From positions 1 through 64,000 of the IMG/VR virus record IMGVR_UViG_3300025131_000007: a stretch of 64,000 bases of DNA; one strand, written 5' to 3'. This stretch comes from a virus. Position numbers and translations under genes: made by a program. The notes beneath the pieces are model-generated. The model had not been told where the DNA came from and ran no database searches. It was given only the letters and a program-made list of their open reading frames with translations. Below are positions 20,347 through 30,036 of this stretch, one piece after another. Each line of letters opens with the position of its first letter. The first letter of the stretch is position 1.

Positions 20347-20841
20347 ATGAAAATCACGAAAGCACAACTTAGAAAGATTATCGAAGAAGAAATCCAAGAG
20401 ACGCGGATGGGCGGCTTGGGAGGAATGCTCTCGGGAGAAAGTCCCGGCTTTAATCCCGAAAGAGTGGCTGGCGCCGATCCTATGGATGTACCAACCCTTC
20501 GAGGTTCTGTTGAGGATAGGCTTGATAGTTTGGAAGAACGATTTGGTGGTATGGCATCCGATCTACAATGGATACGGAACAAACTGAGTACACCAGAGGG
20601 GCCTTTGGACGAAGAAGAGGCAAAACGAACAGCTAAAGGAAACATTACTCAAGATACGCGCGAAAAATATGCGACTGTCGGTGATGATGGGTTTCCTATT
20701 TTTGATAAAAAGTCTGCGGAAGCAGCGATAGATACGCGCGGCCATGCGTCTGAGGAAGATCAAAAAAAGATTATCAACAAGGCTGCTAAATATGCCCCCG
20801 CCGCCGCAAAGAAAGCAAGAGAAGTTGAAAAGAAGAAATGA
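20347..20841 (+). CDS. Hypothetical, probable capsid-internal protein
   Basis: MKITKAQLRKIIEEEI leader. Confidence 0.6.
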   Translation: MKITKAQLRKIIEEEIQETRMGGLGGMLSGESPGFNPERVAGADPMDVPTLRGSVEDRLDSLEERFGGMASDLQWIRNKLSTPEGPLDEEEAKRTAKGNITQDTREKYATVGDDGFPIFDKKSAEAAIDTRGHASEEDQKKIINKAAKYAPAAAKKAREVEKKK

Positions 20842-21179
20842 AAATCTCCAAGTCCAAACTTGAACAGATCATTCGTGAAGAATTGGCTAACTACTTGTCT
20901 ATGGACGAAGGGAGGCCTGGGTATGTCGCAGGTCATTATATGGGTAAAGTCTACAAGCGCGATGACGATCTTGAAGTAGATCCAGAAGTCGACCCTTACG
21001 AGAGGGCACTTGAATCTCCGCTCGAAGAGGATGACGAAATAGAAGAGGTATTGGGCGCTGATGCATCGTTGGAGGATTATATTCAAGATTTTGTGAACTC
21101 TAAAGATAAGAAGTTCGATGGAGACAGCAAGGAACAAAGAATTAAAAGAGCCAAAGGTGCTTTTTATAATAAGGAGTAA
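20838..21179 (+). CDS. Hypothetical, probable capsid-internal protein
   Basis: MKISKSKLEQIIREEL leader; ATGA overlap with the upstream gene. Confidence 0.6.
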   Translation: MKISKSKLEQIIREELANYLSMDEGRPGYVAGHYMGKVYKRDDDLEVDPEVDPYERALESPLEEDDEIEEVLGADASLEDYIQDFVNSKDKKFDGDSKEQRIKRAKGAFYNKE

Positions 21180-21187
21180 GAACACTA

Positions 21188-21385
21188 ATGATTGAAAATG
21201 CAAAAGGAAAATTAGATAAGTTAGTTGAGAAAGTTATATCACGCAAGTTTTTGGTGTGGTTGACTGCAACTGGGCTTATGGCAATGTCAAGCTTGAACTC
21301 TTCTGATTGGGTTATTATATCGGCTATTTATATCGGCGGTCAGACTGTGATTGATGGTGTAGCTAAGCTGAAAGGCTTGGAGTGA
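21188..21385 (+). CDS. Holin-like small membrane protein
   Basis: 65 aa; SRKFLV followed by two hydrophobic helices; AAGGAG upstream. Confidence 0.6.
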   Translation: MIENAKGKLDKLVEKVISRKFLVWLTATGLMAMSSLNSSDWVIISAIYIGGQTVIDGVAKLKGLE

Positions 21386-21774
21386 TAAGTATTGATTTTT
21401 TAAAAGTATTATCTCTTTTCACGAAATATTGGAAAGAGATTTTACTTATTGTATTTTCTGTTATTATAATCGGCAAGATGCGAATAGATCATAATCGTAT
21501 GAAGGATACATACGAAACGGCACAAGAAGAACTCCAAACACAAATCAACGAACTCAACAAGATCCATGCGCAAGAAATAGAACAAAAGAACAAAGCCATA
21601 GAAATATATCGGGCTGCCATGGAGAATATTGAGAAAGATTACGAAGAACAAAAGAAAAAGAATAAAGAACTTAGCGAGAAAAGAAAAACAACACTCGTAA
21701 AACAATTTACTCACAACAAAGAAGAGCTAGCAGATGAGATTAACAGCACTTTTGGTATTAAATATACTCCTTAG
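21382..21774 (+). CDS. Membrane-anchored coiled-coil protein (i-spanin-like)
   Basis: N-terminal hydrophobic helix then charged coiled coil; follows the holin-like gene. Confidence 0.5.
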   Translation: MISIDFLKVLSLFTKYWKEILLIVFSVIIIGKMRIDHNRMKDTYETAQEELQTQINELNKIHAQEIEQKNKAIEIYRAAMENIEKDYEEQKKKNKELSEKRKTTLVKQFTHNKEELADEINSTFGIKYTP

Positions 21775-22162
21775 TTCGGTGGCATATGGCGCTGAAGGCA
21801 GATTTACGTTCTTGGGAGAGGGAGAGTGTGCCGTCTACGAGGGAGGTCTATTCGACCCTCCGGCCATAGCAAAAATGATTGTCATTGTGGAAGATATACA
21901 CACGGCATGTGACTTAAAAATAGAATACGAATTAGACAAAATTGGCACTCAACACCAATTAGAGATACAAAACCACCACATTGCTTACCAAGCGTTACAG
22001 CAGAAATATAACATACTAGAACAGTCTACGAATACACAAATAACCGAACTTCAAGAGACTTTGAATAGGGTGTCGCCAGATAATAAGTGGTGGTGGTTTG
22101 CCGGCGGTGTGGCCGCCGGGATGGCATCAACGTACGGCGCTTATAAGGTTTTTAATGAGTGA
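21734..22162 (+). CDS. Signal-peptide protein with coiled coil and C-terminal TM (spanin-like)
   Basis: MRLTALLVLNILLSSVAYGA; KWWWFAGGVAAGM; overlaps the upstream gene. Confidence 0.45.
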   Translation: MRLTALLVLNILLSSVAYGAEGRFTFLGEGECAVYEGGLFDPPAIAKMIVIVEDIHTACDLKIEYELDKIGTQHQLEIQNHHIAYQALQQKYNILEQSTNTQITELQETLNRVSPDNKWWWFAGGVAAGMASTYGAYKVFNE

Positions 22163-22544
22163 TAATTCAGATAAAATCGCTGCCGTAGAACAAGCCATTT
22201 CTAAGAAGTATGGCGACGAAGCCATCCAGAATCCTAAAGCTAATTGGGATCAAGAAAAAGAGCGAGAATATATAAAACAATCTCAGGAATTTTATCGCAA
22301 AGTTCAGCGTAATGATCAGTGGGAAGAAAAAATAGAGGTTAATGGTGTAAAGGTTTCAAAAAAACTACTTAATAGAGAATCTTTGGTTTCTTGCTCCACA
22401 TGTGGGAATTTTCCAAAAGGTGTGATGGATGATGTATGTTTGTCAAAATTTGACTGCTGCAACAAATGTTATATAAAATATGTGGAAGGAAGAGAAGATA
22501 GATGGCTAACAGGATGGAGACCAAATAATGGCAACAACTTATGA
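22155..22544 (+). CDS. Hypothetical Cys-rich protein
   Basis: ATG at 22155 preferred over TTG at 22098; CSTC..C..CCNKC. Confidence 0.6.
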   Translation: MSDNSDKIAAVEQAISKKYGDEAIQNPKANWDQEKEREYIKQSQEFYRKVQRNDQWEEKIEVNGVKVSKKLLNRESLVSCSTCGNFPKGVMDDVCLSKFDCCNKCYIKYVEGREDRWLTGWRPNNGNNL

Positions 22545-23061
22545 AATTATACAAGGGCTAGCACAAGCTGCCGCAAATTCTTATGACGGAGCGCTGGGAG
22601 AAGATTGTGAGCCGGTGAATGATGGTATTTTACGAAGAGAAGAAGGGAATGCTTTAATTGACCAGCGAGTGATGGATGGTTTTAACGTTAAATTCTATGG
22701 CAACATGATGTGTTTAAGTTATCAATCCGAGATTAAACTAAAAGAGGTTTATGCCGGCGGATTTGAAGATGAAATGAGTCAGAGGATTACTGATATTGCG
22801 GGCTGGCTTAAAAAAGAATATAAAAAGATTACTGGCGATGCGGTCTCTCTCACTGAAGAAGGGGAGATAGATATTTTAGTTCAAAATTCCTCGAGGGTGC
22901 GCTCATGGGTTCAAGCAAAGAAGCATTATCGCGTTGGTGGTTTGGCAGAGGATATGCAAATTGAGAAACCCTCAGAGAATACTGTAGATGCTTCGTGGAA
23001 AACGTTTTTGAGTCAAGGCGGCTGGGGAAAACGCCCCAAAAACGATACCCGAAAAAAATAA
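22528..23061 (+). CDS. Hypothetical protein upstream of terminase
   Basis: 177 aa; GGAG Shine-Dalgarno. Confidence 0.6.
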   Translation: MATTYEIIQGLAQAAANSYDGALGEDCEPVNDGILRREEGNALIDQRVMDGFNVKFYGNMMCLSYQSEIKLKEVYAGGFEDEMSQRITDIAGWLKKEYKKITGDAVSLTEEGEIDILVQNSSRVRSWVQAKKHYRVGGLAEDMQIEKPSENTVDASWKTFLSQGGWGKRPKNDTRKK

Positions 23062-23069
23062 GATGAGGC

Positions 23070-24653
23070 ATGACTTTCAAGTTAACTAAAAAACAGCAAG
23101 TCGCTGAAATTTTAAAGTGCGGAAAAGATCCTTCTTATTTTCTTAAGACCTATGCTCGGATTTCTCATCCAATGCAGGGGTTGATTCTGTTTAATACTTA
23201 TGATTTTCAGGATGATTTGTTGAAAGAATTCAACGATTATCGTTTTAATGTAATATTGAAAGCGCGCCAGTTGGGTATTTCTACCATTACTGCCGGCTAT
23301 ATTGTGTGGATGATGTTGTTCCATCGAGACAAGAACATCCTTGTAATGGCGACTAAGTTTGCCACGGCTGGAAACTTGGTTAAGAAAGTCAAAAGCATTA
23401 TGAAGAATCTTCCTTTGTGGTTATCAATTTCTAAAATTGATGTAGACAATAGAACATCTTTTGAACTTTCTAATGGATCCACGATCAAAGCTACGTCGAC
23501 TTCTGGAGATGCCGGTCGTTCTGAGGCGTTGTCTCTGTTGGTTCTTGATGAGGCTGCTCACATCGATGGATTGGACGAGTTGTGGACAGGTTTGTATCCC
23601 ACGCTATCGACAGGTGGTCGATGCATTGCCCTATCTACTCCCAATGGTGTGGGTAATTGGTTTCATAAAACATGCAGCGATGCCCAAAGTGGTGGAAACA
23701 ATTTCAATCTAACTACTTTAAAGTGGAGCAAACACCCAGATCGAGATGAAGAATGGTTTAAGAAAGAAACTAAGAATATGTCTCGCCGCCAAATAGCGCA
23801 AGAGCTTGAGTGCAACTTTAACACGTCTGGAGAAACCGTCATCGATCCAGACTGCATGCAATGGATGTTGTCGAATGTCAAAGAACCAAAACACAGAACG
23901 GGATTCGACAGAAACTTTTGGATCTGGGAAGAGTTTGATCCTACTTGTAATTACCTTATGGTCGCTGATGTGGCTCGCGGAGACGCTGCTGACTATTCTA
24001 CTTTCCATATTCTTAAGTTAGAAACGATGGAAATGGTTGGAGAATACCAAGGTAAGCCAACACCAGATTTATACGCAAACATGCTAAATCAAGTGGGAAG
24101 AGAATTCGGCAATGCCATGTTAGTGGTGGAAAATAATAATATTGGTTATACGGTTTTAGATAAGTTGGTGGAATACGCCTATCCTAATATTTATTATTCC
24201 ATTAAATCTACGCATGAGTATATTGAACAATATCAAGCTGAAGCCATAAATAATTCGATAGCTGGTTTCACCACAAGTGTAAGAACCCGGCCGCTAATTA
24301 TTGCGAAATTAGAAGAGTTTATAAGAAATAAACTAATTACTCTATACTCTTCTCGTACTGTCAACGAGATGAAGACATTCATATGGAACAATGGCAAGCC
24401 GCAAGCAATGAAAGGGTATCATGATGATCTGATCATGGCTCTTGCAATCGCGTGTTGGGTAAGAGATACCGCACTTCAAGCAAACGCAAGAGATCTAAAT
24501 TATCAAAAAGCTTTTGTTGATGCAATTTTTACTACACGAACTACGATGAATACACAAATTAAAGGACAAATTGGTTATAAAAAAGATAATGCTTTAGAGC
24601 AAGTAAATAAAGCTAAAAGTCTGTATGATCAATATAAATGGATTATAAAGTGA
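23070..24653 (+). CDS. terL: Terminase large subunit (T4 gp17-like)
   Basis: ILKARQLGIST, LVLDEAAH, LSTPNG; nuclease motifs ADVARG and HDDLIMA. Confidence 0.96.
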   Translation: MTFKLTKKQQVAEILKCGKDPSYFLKTYARISHPMQGLILFNTYDFQDDLLKEFNDYRFNVILKARQLGISTITAGYIVWMMLFHRDKNILVMATKFATAGNLVKKVKSIMKNLPLWLSISKIDVDNRTSFELSNGSTIKATSTSGDAGRSEALSLLVLDEAAHIDGLDELWTGLYPTLSTGGRCIALSTPNGVGNWFHKTCSDAQSGGNNFNLTTLKWSKHPDRDEEWFKKETKNMSRRQIAQELECNFNTSGETVIDPDCMQWMLSNVKEPKHRTGFDRNFWIWEEFDPTCNYLMVADVARGDAADYSTFHILKLETMEMVGEYQGKPTPDLYANMLNQVGREFGNAMLVVENNNIGYTVLDKLVEYAYPNIYYSIKSTHEYIEQYQAEAINNSIAGFTTSVRTRPLIIAKLEEFIRNKLITLYSSRTVNEMKTFIWNNGKPQAMKGYHDDLIMALAIACWVRDTALQANARDLNYQKAFVDAIFTTRTTMNTQIKGQIGYKKDNALEQVNKAKSLYDQYKWIIK

Positions 24654-24661
24654 GATAATAT

Positions 24662-26623
24662 ATGGCACCTCCCAATAGACATAAAGGAAAGAACCCGGTC
24701 AACGATCAGTCGCAATTGTTTAAAGCCCTAACGCGATTATTTTCAGGACCCATTGTTAATTACAGATCTCAATCCGGAAGAAAGATCCGGAGGCAACATT
24801 TAGATAAATTTGCTGCGCGTTTTAAAACTGCTTCTGGACAACAATTCAAAAAGACCCTTTATAATCCTCTAGATAATATAGCAGCGAACGCCATTAGTAA
24901 TCAACGACGCGGAGAACGTTATGTGGATTTTGATCAAATGGAATACATGCCCGAGATTGCTTCCACTCTGGATATCTATGCTGACGAGATGACGACTTAT
25001 TCCGATTTGCGCCCTATGTTAAACATTAAATGCCCCAATGAGGAAATCCGAGCCGTCTTGGCAACTCTTTATGATAACATTTTAAATTTGCAATATAATT
25101 TATTCGGCTGGTGTCGAACCATGTGTAAGTATGGAGACTTCTTTTTGTATTTGGATATTGATGAAAAGTTTGGAGTCAAGTCGGTTATTGCATTGCCGCC
25201 GTCGGAAATCGAAAGGATGGAAGGTCAAGATGCAACGAATCCTAACTATGTTCAATATCAATGGAATTCTGCTGGAATGACCTTTGAGAATTGGCAAGTT
25301 GGCCACTTCCGTATTCTCGGCAATGATAAATATGCTCCCTATGGAACATCCATTCTTGAACCAGCGCGACGTATTTGGAGACAATTAGTGTTGATGGAAG
25401 ATGCGATGATGGCTTATCGTGTCATACGCTCTTCTGAAAGGCGCGTTTTTAAGATTGATGTTGGGGGTATCGCTCCCCAAGATGTGGAACAATACATGCA
25501 GAAGATCGTGACACAACTGAAACGACACTCTGTGGTAGATTCCTCTACCGGTCGTGTTGATTTGCGCTATAATCCCATGTCTATTGAGGAAGATTATTTT
25601 ATTCCTGTACGTGCGGGCTCTGTTACTGATATTCAAAGCCTTCCGGGCGCTACTAATATAACTCAAATTGATGATATCAAATATCTAAGGGATAAATTGT
25701 TTTCAGCACTTAAAGTTCCTCAAGCTTATTTATCGATGGGAGACGAAGCCACGGAAGACAAGACAACTTTAGCTCAAAAAGATATCCGTTTTGCGAGAAC
25801 AGTTCAACGACTTCAAAGAGTTATCATCGCTGAACTCGAAAAGATTGGCATTATTCATCTTTACACTTTGGGTTTTAGGGGAGATGATCTTCTTTCGTTT
25901 AATTTATCTTTAAATAATCCATCTAAAATTGCAGAACTGCAAGAGTTGGAGCACTGGAAGCAAAAGTTTGATATTGCAGCATCTGCTACGGAAGGTTTTT
26001 TCTCGCGCCGATGGGTATCTGAACATGTCTTTGCAATGTCTCATGAGGATTTTGTGAGAAACCAGAGAGAACTTTATTTTGATCGCAAGCAAGATGCCGC
26101 ATTGCAGGCAGTCGCTGAAGCGGGTCTGGCCGGCGGAGGCGGTGGAGAATTGGATTTAGGTGACGAAGGGGGAGAATTGGATTTAGGTGACGAAGGGGGA
26201 GAATTGGATCTCGGAGGGCCGGAAGAGATGCCTGCCGGTGAAGCTGAAACCCCAGCGGGCGATGAAAGTACTTTGTTGGCGGTTCCCCCGGGATCCAGAT
26301 CGCACGTTACCTCTCGTTCGAAAGGAAAAGCATACACGCCAGTAAAAAATGATAAACGACCCGCTGGTGCCCGAAGTCGATCGACGGCTGCCAAATGGGG
26401 ACAACAAATGACATCTCCTACATTAAGAAACATTCTGCCTGGATATGGTGGTCATGATTCTTTGAAATCTTTGGGCGCAGGTATTTATGAAGAAAAAGAT
26501 CCTATTTATACTATAAGTGAGCAAAGGGAAGAAGAAAAGCTATTTCAATTAAATGACTCGATTAGACATTTAATAGGGGATTTGGAAGCTAAACCAAAGA
26601 GGGAGACCGAAAATGAAGATTAG
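24662..26623 (+). CDS. Portal protein (T4 gp20-like)
   Basis: LMEDAMMAYRVIRSSERRVFKIDVG, EEDYFIPVR, DDIKYLRDKLFSALKVP, DIRFAR. Confidence 0.95.
   Translation: MAPPNRHKGKNPVNDQSQLFKALTRLFSGPIVNYRSQSGRKIRRQHLDKFAARFKTASGQQFKKTLYNPLDNIAANAISNQRRGERYVDFDQMEYMPEIASTLDIYADEMTTYSDLRPMLNIKCPNEEIRAVLATLYDNILNLQYNLFGWCRTMCKYGDFFLYLDIDEKFGVKSVIALPPSEIERMEGQDATNPNYVQYQWNSAGMTFENWQVGHFRILGNDKYAPYGTSILEPARRIWRQLVLMEDAMMAYRVIRSSERRVFKIDVGGIAPQDVEQYMQKIVTQLKRHSVVDSSTGRVDLRYNPMSIEEDYFIPVRAGSVTDIQSLPGATNITQIDDIKYLRDKLFSALKVPQAYLSMGDEATEDKTTLAQKDIRFARTVQRLQRVIIAELEKIGIIHLYTLGFRGDDLLSFNLSLNNPSKIAELQELEHWKQKFDIAASATEGFFSRRWVSEHVFAMSHEDFVRNQRELYFDRKQDAALQAVAEAGLAGGGGGELDLGDEGGELDLGDEGGELDLGGPEEMPAGEAETPAGDESTLLAVPPGSRSHVTSRSKGKAYTPVKNDKRPAGARSRSTAAKWGQQMTSPTLRNILPGYGGHDSLKSLGAGIYEEKDPIYTISEQREEEKLFQLNDSIRHLIGDLEAKPKRETENED
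26144..26209 (+). repeat. 27-bp coding tandem repeat (GELDLGDEG x2.4) in the portal tail
   Basis: ggagaattggatttaggtgacgaaggg at 26144 and 26171, partial copy at 26198. Confidence 0.9.
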
Positions 26624-27440
26624 ACACAACAAGAAGCGTAATACGGCTTTTGTTTTTGAATCGCTTATTAAAGAGATTACGATATCAATTCTTAAAGAAG
26701 ATAAAGAAAGAAAAGATAAGGCGATATCTTTAGTAAGAAAACATTTTAAAGCGGGAAGTGTTCTTCACCAACATCTTCAGTGCTATCGCTCATTGTATGA
26801 AAATCAAAATTTGACTAAAGAAATATGCGAGAAGATTTTAAAAGAAGCAAAACTTTCGACACGCACGATAGATACAGAAGGGTTATTTAAAAGCCAGACT
26901 GATTTAATTAATGATGTTAATAAAGAATTGGAACCGAGTGTGTTCAATAACTTTGTCCCTAATTACAAAACATTGGCAACCATTGATCAAATTTTTTCTA
27001 CCAAACTTTCTCCTAAAAATGCGGTTATTTTAGAATCGCAAGTTATCCACAATATGATGAAAAACCCTAATAACAAAGAATCGCTCGACCCGGTAGATAG
27101 TTTAGTCGTGACATCTTTTGCGTCTAAATTTAATTCTAAATATGATGAGTTTTTGTTAGAAAATCAAAAAGATTTATTGAATCACTATATTTCATCTTTT
27201 ACTGATAACGCATTGGGATTGAAAATGTTTCTTAATGATGAAATTGGAAGATTGAAGGATCGTTTACAAGAAGCACTCACTGTTGACGAAATTAAAAATG
27301 ATGCAGAAATGGTACAAAAAACCAAGAAAGTGTTTGAAAAATTACAGGAGTTTAAGAATAGCGGCATACACGAGAGTGTAGTGCTAGCGGTGCTGCGCAC
27401 ACAGCAATTGGAACAGGAAATATTTGATAATGACAATTAA
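26613..27440 (+). CDS. Head-module hypothetical protein
   Basis: 275 aa helical protein directly after the portal. Confidence 0.65.
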   Translation: MKIRHNKKRNTAFVFESLIKEITISILKEDKERKDKAISLVRKHFKAGSVLHQHLQCYRSLYENQNLTKEICEKILKEAKLSTRTIDTEGLFKSQTDLINDVNKELEPSVFNNFVPNYKTLATIDQIFSTKLSPKNAVILESQVIHNMMKNPNNKESLDPVDSLVVTSFASKFNSKYDEFLLENQKDLLNHYISSFTDNALGLKMFLNDEIGRLKDRLQEALTVDEIKNDAEMVQKTKKVFEKLQEFKNSGIHESVVLAVLRTQQLEQEIFDNDN

Positions 27441-27969
27441 AGTTACAATTGGAAAAGAGGGAGATCAAGCTGTCGTTCGTTTAGAGATGAACATTCGAAA
27501 AGCCATTAATGGCGATTTGATGATTTTTGATCATGGTGATATTGATATTGTATTATCTCCTTCGAACAATACTGTGGTTGCTTTTCCCAAAGAAACTATG
27601 AACGATCTGGTGTACGGCGCGCAAAACAGGCTTTTTACTCATTTACACAAGCGCGGCATTGTCATTCCGGAATCCATTCAGGCAGCTTCTTTTAGCGGAG
27701 CATTTGAGGCTAAACTACAACAGCCGTTTAAGGAAAGTGTGAGTTCGGCAAAAATGGCATTGGTGAATATCTCTCAATTTATTGATGAAGAGCGTCCTTA
27801 TTTTGAATCAACGGAAGCAATTATTTCGATGTCTGATGATGAACTTGTTCATCCCGACAATACTGATTCTACCGAATTGGGGGCTGTTCCACAAGCGACC
27901 GACAAAGGATCGATTAGGCCGGGATACGTCAGAGACTCTTATGGTATAAACTATATGTACACAATTTGA
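27430..27969 (+). CDS. Hypothetical protein
   Basis: ATG at 27430 overlaps the end of the upstream gene. Confidence 0.6.
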   Translation: MTIKVTIGKEGDQAVVRLEMNIRKAINGDLMIFDHGDIDIVLSPSNNTVVAFPKETMNDLVYGAQNRLFTHLHKRGIVIPESIQAASFSGAFEAKLQQPFKESVSSAKMALVNISQFIDEERPYFESTEAIISMSDDELVHPDNTDSTELGAVPQATDKGSIRPGYVRDSYGINYMYTI

Positions 27970-27982
27970 GGGAGAAACTAAA

Positions 27983-28357
27983 ATGATGGAATTAATATAT
28001 TTTACATTGATTGCATCGGGTCTGACCCAGATTGTTGTTTATAGTGATATGCCGCTAGCGAAGGAATTGAGACCTCCAAAAGAGTTTTTGCGCGGATACG
28101 GGAAGCTTTTTCATTGCCCGATGTGTGTGGGCTTCCACGTTGGTTGGTTTTTAATGTTGCTTTCCCCATACACAGAACTATTTAGTTTTGATGTTTCGGC
28201 AGCAAATTTCTTCCTTTTGGGGTGGTTATCTTCTGGAACCTCATATATTTTAAATATGATCTTCGGTGATCATGGAATTAAAATTCAACGTAACATAGAG
28301 GTAATTAACGATGAAAAGTGGTATTTGGACAACAAGATGGATGATACAACCAGTTAG
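27983..28357 (+). CDS. DUF1360-like membrane protein
   Basis: Hydrophobic helices around LFHCPMCVGFHVGW. Confidence 0.55.
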   Translation: MMELIYFTLIASGLTQIVVYSDMPLAKELRPPKEFLRGYGKLFHCPMCVGFHVGWFLMLLSPYTELFSFDVSAANFFLLGWLSSGTSYILNMIFGDHGIKIQRNIEVINDEKWYLDNKMDDTTS

Positions 28358-28379
28358 GCGTTGCAAGTCTGGTTGTTAA
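28311..28379 (+). CDS. Candidate 22-aa peptide MKSGIWTTRWMIQPVRRCKSGC
   Basis: GAGGT Shine-Dalgarno 8 nt before ATG; not in the ORF track. Confidence 0.4.
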   Translation: MKSGIWTTRWMIQPVRRCKSGC

Positions 28380-28424
28380 CTCGCGCGGGTAATGCCCGCA
28401 TTTTATTAATAAGGTGAGAGACTA

Positions 28425-29030
28425 ATGAGTAAAAAACTTTTGAGAGAATACTATCAACTATGCGAAGGTGGCGTATGCCAAGATCTTTTGACAGAAGAAG
28501 AAAAAAGATTTGTATCTGATGGTGGCATGATCCTTTCGGGTATTATGCAAATGGCAGAGACTGTGAATGGTAATGGAAGAGTATATCCGCACTGTGTTTT
28601 AATGAAAGAAATTCGCAATTATGCAAAGCTTGTAAAAGAGAAACGAGCATTGGGAGAACTAGATCACCCTGATGATTCTGTTATTAATTTGCGTAATGCC
28701 TCGCATTTGGTCACTTCGTGCTGGATGGAGGGGAACAAAGTCATGGGAAAAATTCAAGTTCTCAACACGCCATCTGGAAAAATCTTACAAGAACTCGTAA
28801 AAGGTGGCGTAAGTATAGGAATCTCTTCGAGGGGAATGGGCTCCGTTACAGAAAACAACGGCCAGACAATTGTGGAGGATGACTTTCAATTGATTTGTTT
28901 TGATATGGTGTCGGAACCATCGACCCCAGGAGCCTTTATGATGAAAGAGGCAAAAGAATACACTAATACAGTTTTCACCAAAGCAGATACAATTAATCGT
29001 CTCTTAAATGAGGTTTTAGAGAGTGAGTGA
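28425..29030 (+). CDS. Prohead maturation protease (T4 gp21-like)
   Basis: NGRVYP, ALGELDHP, GISSRGMGS, FDMVSEPSTPGA. Confidence 0.95.
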   Translation: MSKKLLREYYQLCEGGVCQDLLTEEEKRFVSDGGMILSGIMQMAETVNGNGRVYPHCVLMKEIRNYAKLVKEKRALGELDHPDDSVINLRNASHLVTSCWMEGNKVMGKIQVLNTPSGKILQELVKGGVSIGISSRGMGSVTENNGQTIVEDDFQLICFDMVSEPSTPGAFMMKEAKEYTNTVFTKADTINRLLNEVLESE

Positions 29031-30036
29031 TTGGTCAAGTTATAGCGATGATAAACGCCGTATGGATACGTGGAAGGAGTTTCTTACAGAAGCCCCCACC
29101 TCCAAAGGTCGTATTGGCAAAACTCTGCGAAGCACCGAGCCATCGCGCTCTATTCGGGATAGAGTAAAAGGATACTATCACGTCTATGCCCCCGGTCAAG
29201 TAGTGGAACCCCCCGACGAGGTTGAGCCCAAGCCCCAACCTGCTCCTGAGCCCGCTCCCGAGCCCGAACCAAAGCCCGAACCACAACCCGCGCCGACTCC
29301 CGAGCCTCAACAGATGGGGAGGTTTGTGCTGAAAAATATGTCACCTCAATCTTTAGAGATTATGGGAACACATTGGGATCCTCCCATCAAAACCGCCAAT
29401 TTGAGTGCGGATGCTCCACGTAGTAGTGAAGAAAAAGAGTTTCTTGCGGCATTAGATAAATTTGTAGCATTTGTCGGGCCTTTTATGGGCGCACCACTTT
29501 CTAAATTGTCTACTGATCCTGAGATTTTAGCTATTACCGACAAAGAACAACAGAAACAAGCGCTAGCTACCAAACAATCTGCACTTCAACGTCAAATATT
29601 TGAAGGTGGTTATACCAACCCGGTGTCTAAAATAATTGATTCGGATTATTTAAGAGGAAACAAAGAACAACTCATTCAAAAATATCAATTGTTGCGCCAG
29701 AAGAGCCCGGCCACAGCGGCCCAAATTTATCAAATAGCTAATTTATTTGTGGGCGGAACAAAAACAAAGTCTGGAGTGAAGAGACGAAACGCGTTTTTGG
29801 ATTTAATGAGAAGTGTCGAATGGGATCCCACATGGTCTACAGCGATGCCCTCCTATAGCGGCCCCGGCCGTGCTAAAGGAGAGAAGACAAGTGGAGAAAA
29901 AGAACAAATTAGTCAAACCGATCTAAATAAATTACGAAAAATGAAAGCTAGAAGTGTGGGATCGTCTTCGAAGAAATTAGAAAATATTATTATTGATGAA
30001 ATAGAGAGGCTATTAAATGAAAAAACAAGATCTTAA
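29023..30036 (+). CDS. Hypothetical head-associated protein with Pro-Glu linker
   Basis: MDTWKEFLTEA near the N-terminus; EPKPQPAPEPAPEPEPKPEPQPAP; C-terminal LENIIIDEIERLLNE. Confidence 0.6.
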   Translation: MSDWSSYSDDKRRMDTWKEFLTEAPTSKGRIGKTLRSTEPSRSIRDRVKGYYHVYAPGQVVEPPDEVEPKPQPAPEPAPEPEPKPEPQPAPTPEPQQMGRFVLKNMSPQSLEIMGTHWDPPIKTANLSADAPRSSEEKEFLAALDKFVAFVGPFMGAPLSKLSTDPEILAITDKEQQKQALATKQSALQRQIFEGGYTNPVSKIIDSDYLRGNKEQLIQKYQLLRQKSPATAAQIYQIANLFVGGTKTKSGVKRRNAFLDLMRSVEWDPTWSTAMPSYSGPGRAKGEKTSGEKEQISQTDLNKLRKMKARSVGSSSKKLENIIIDEIERLLNEKTRS

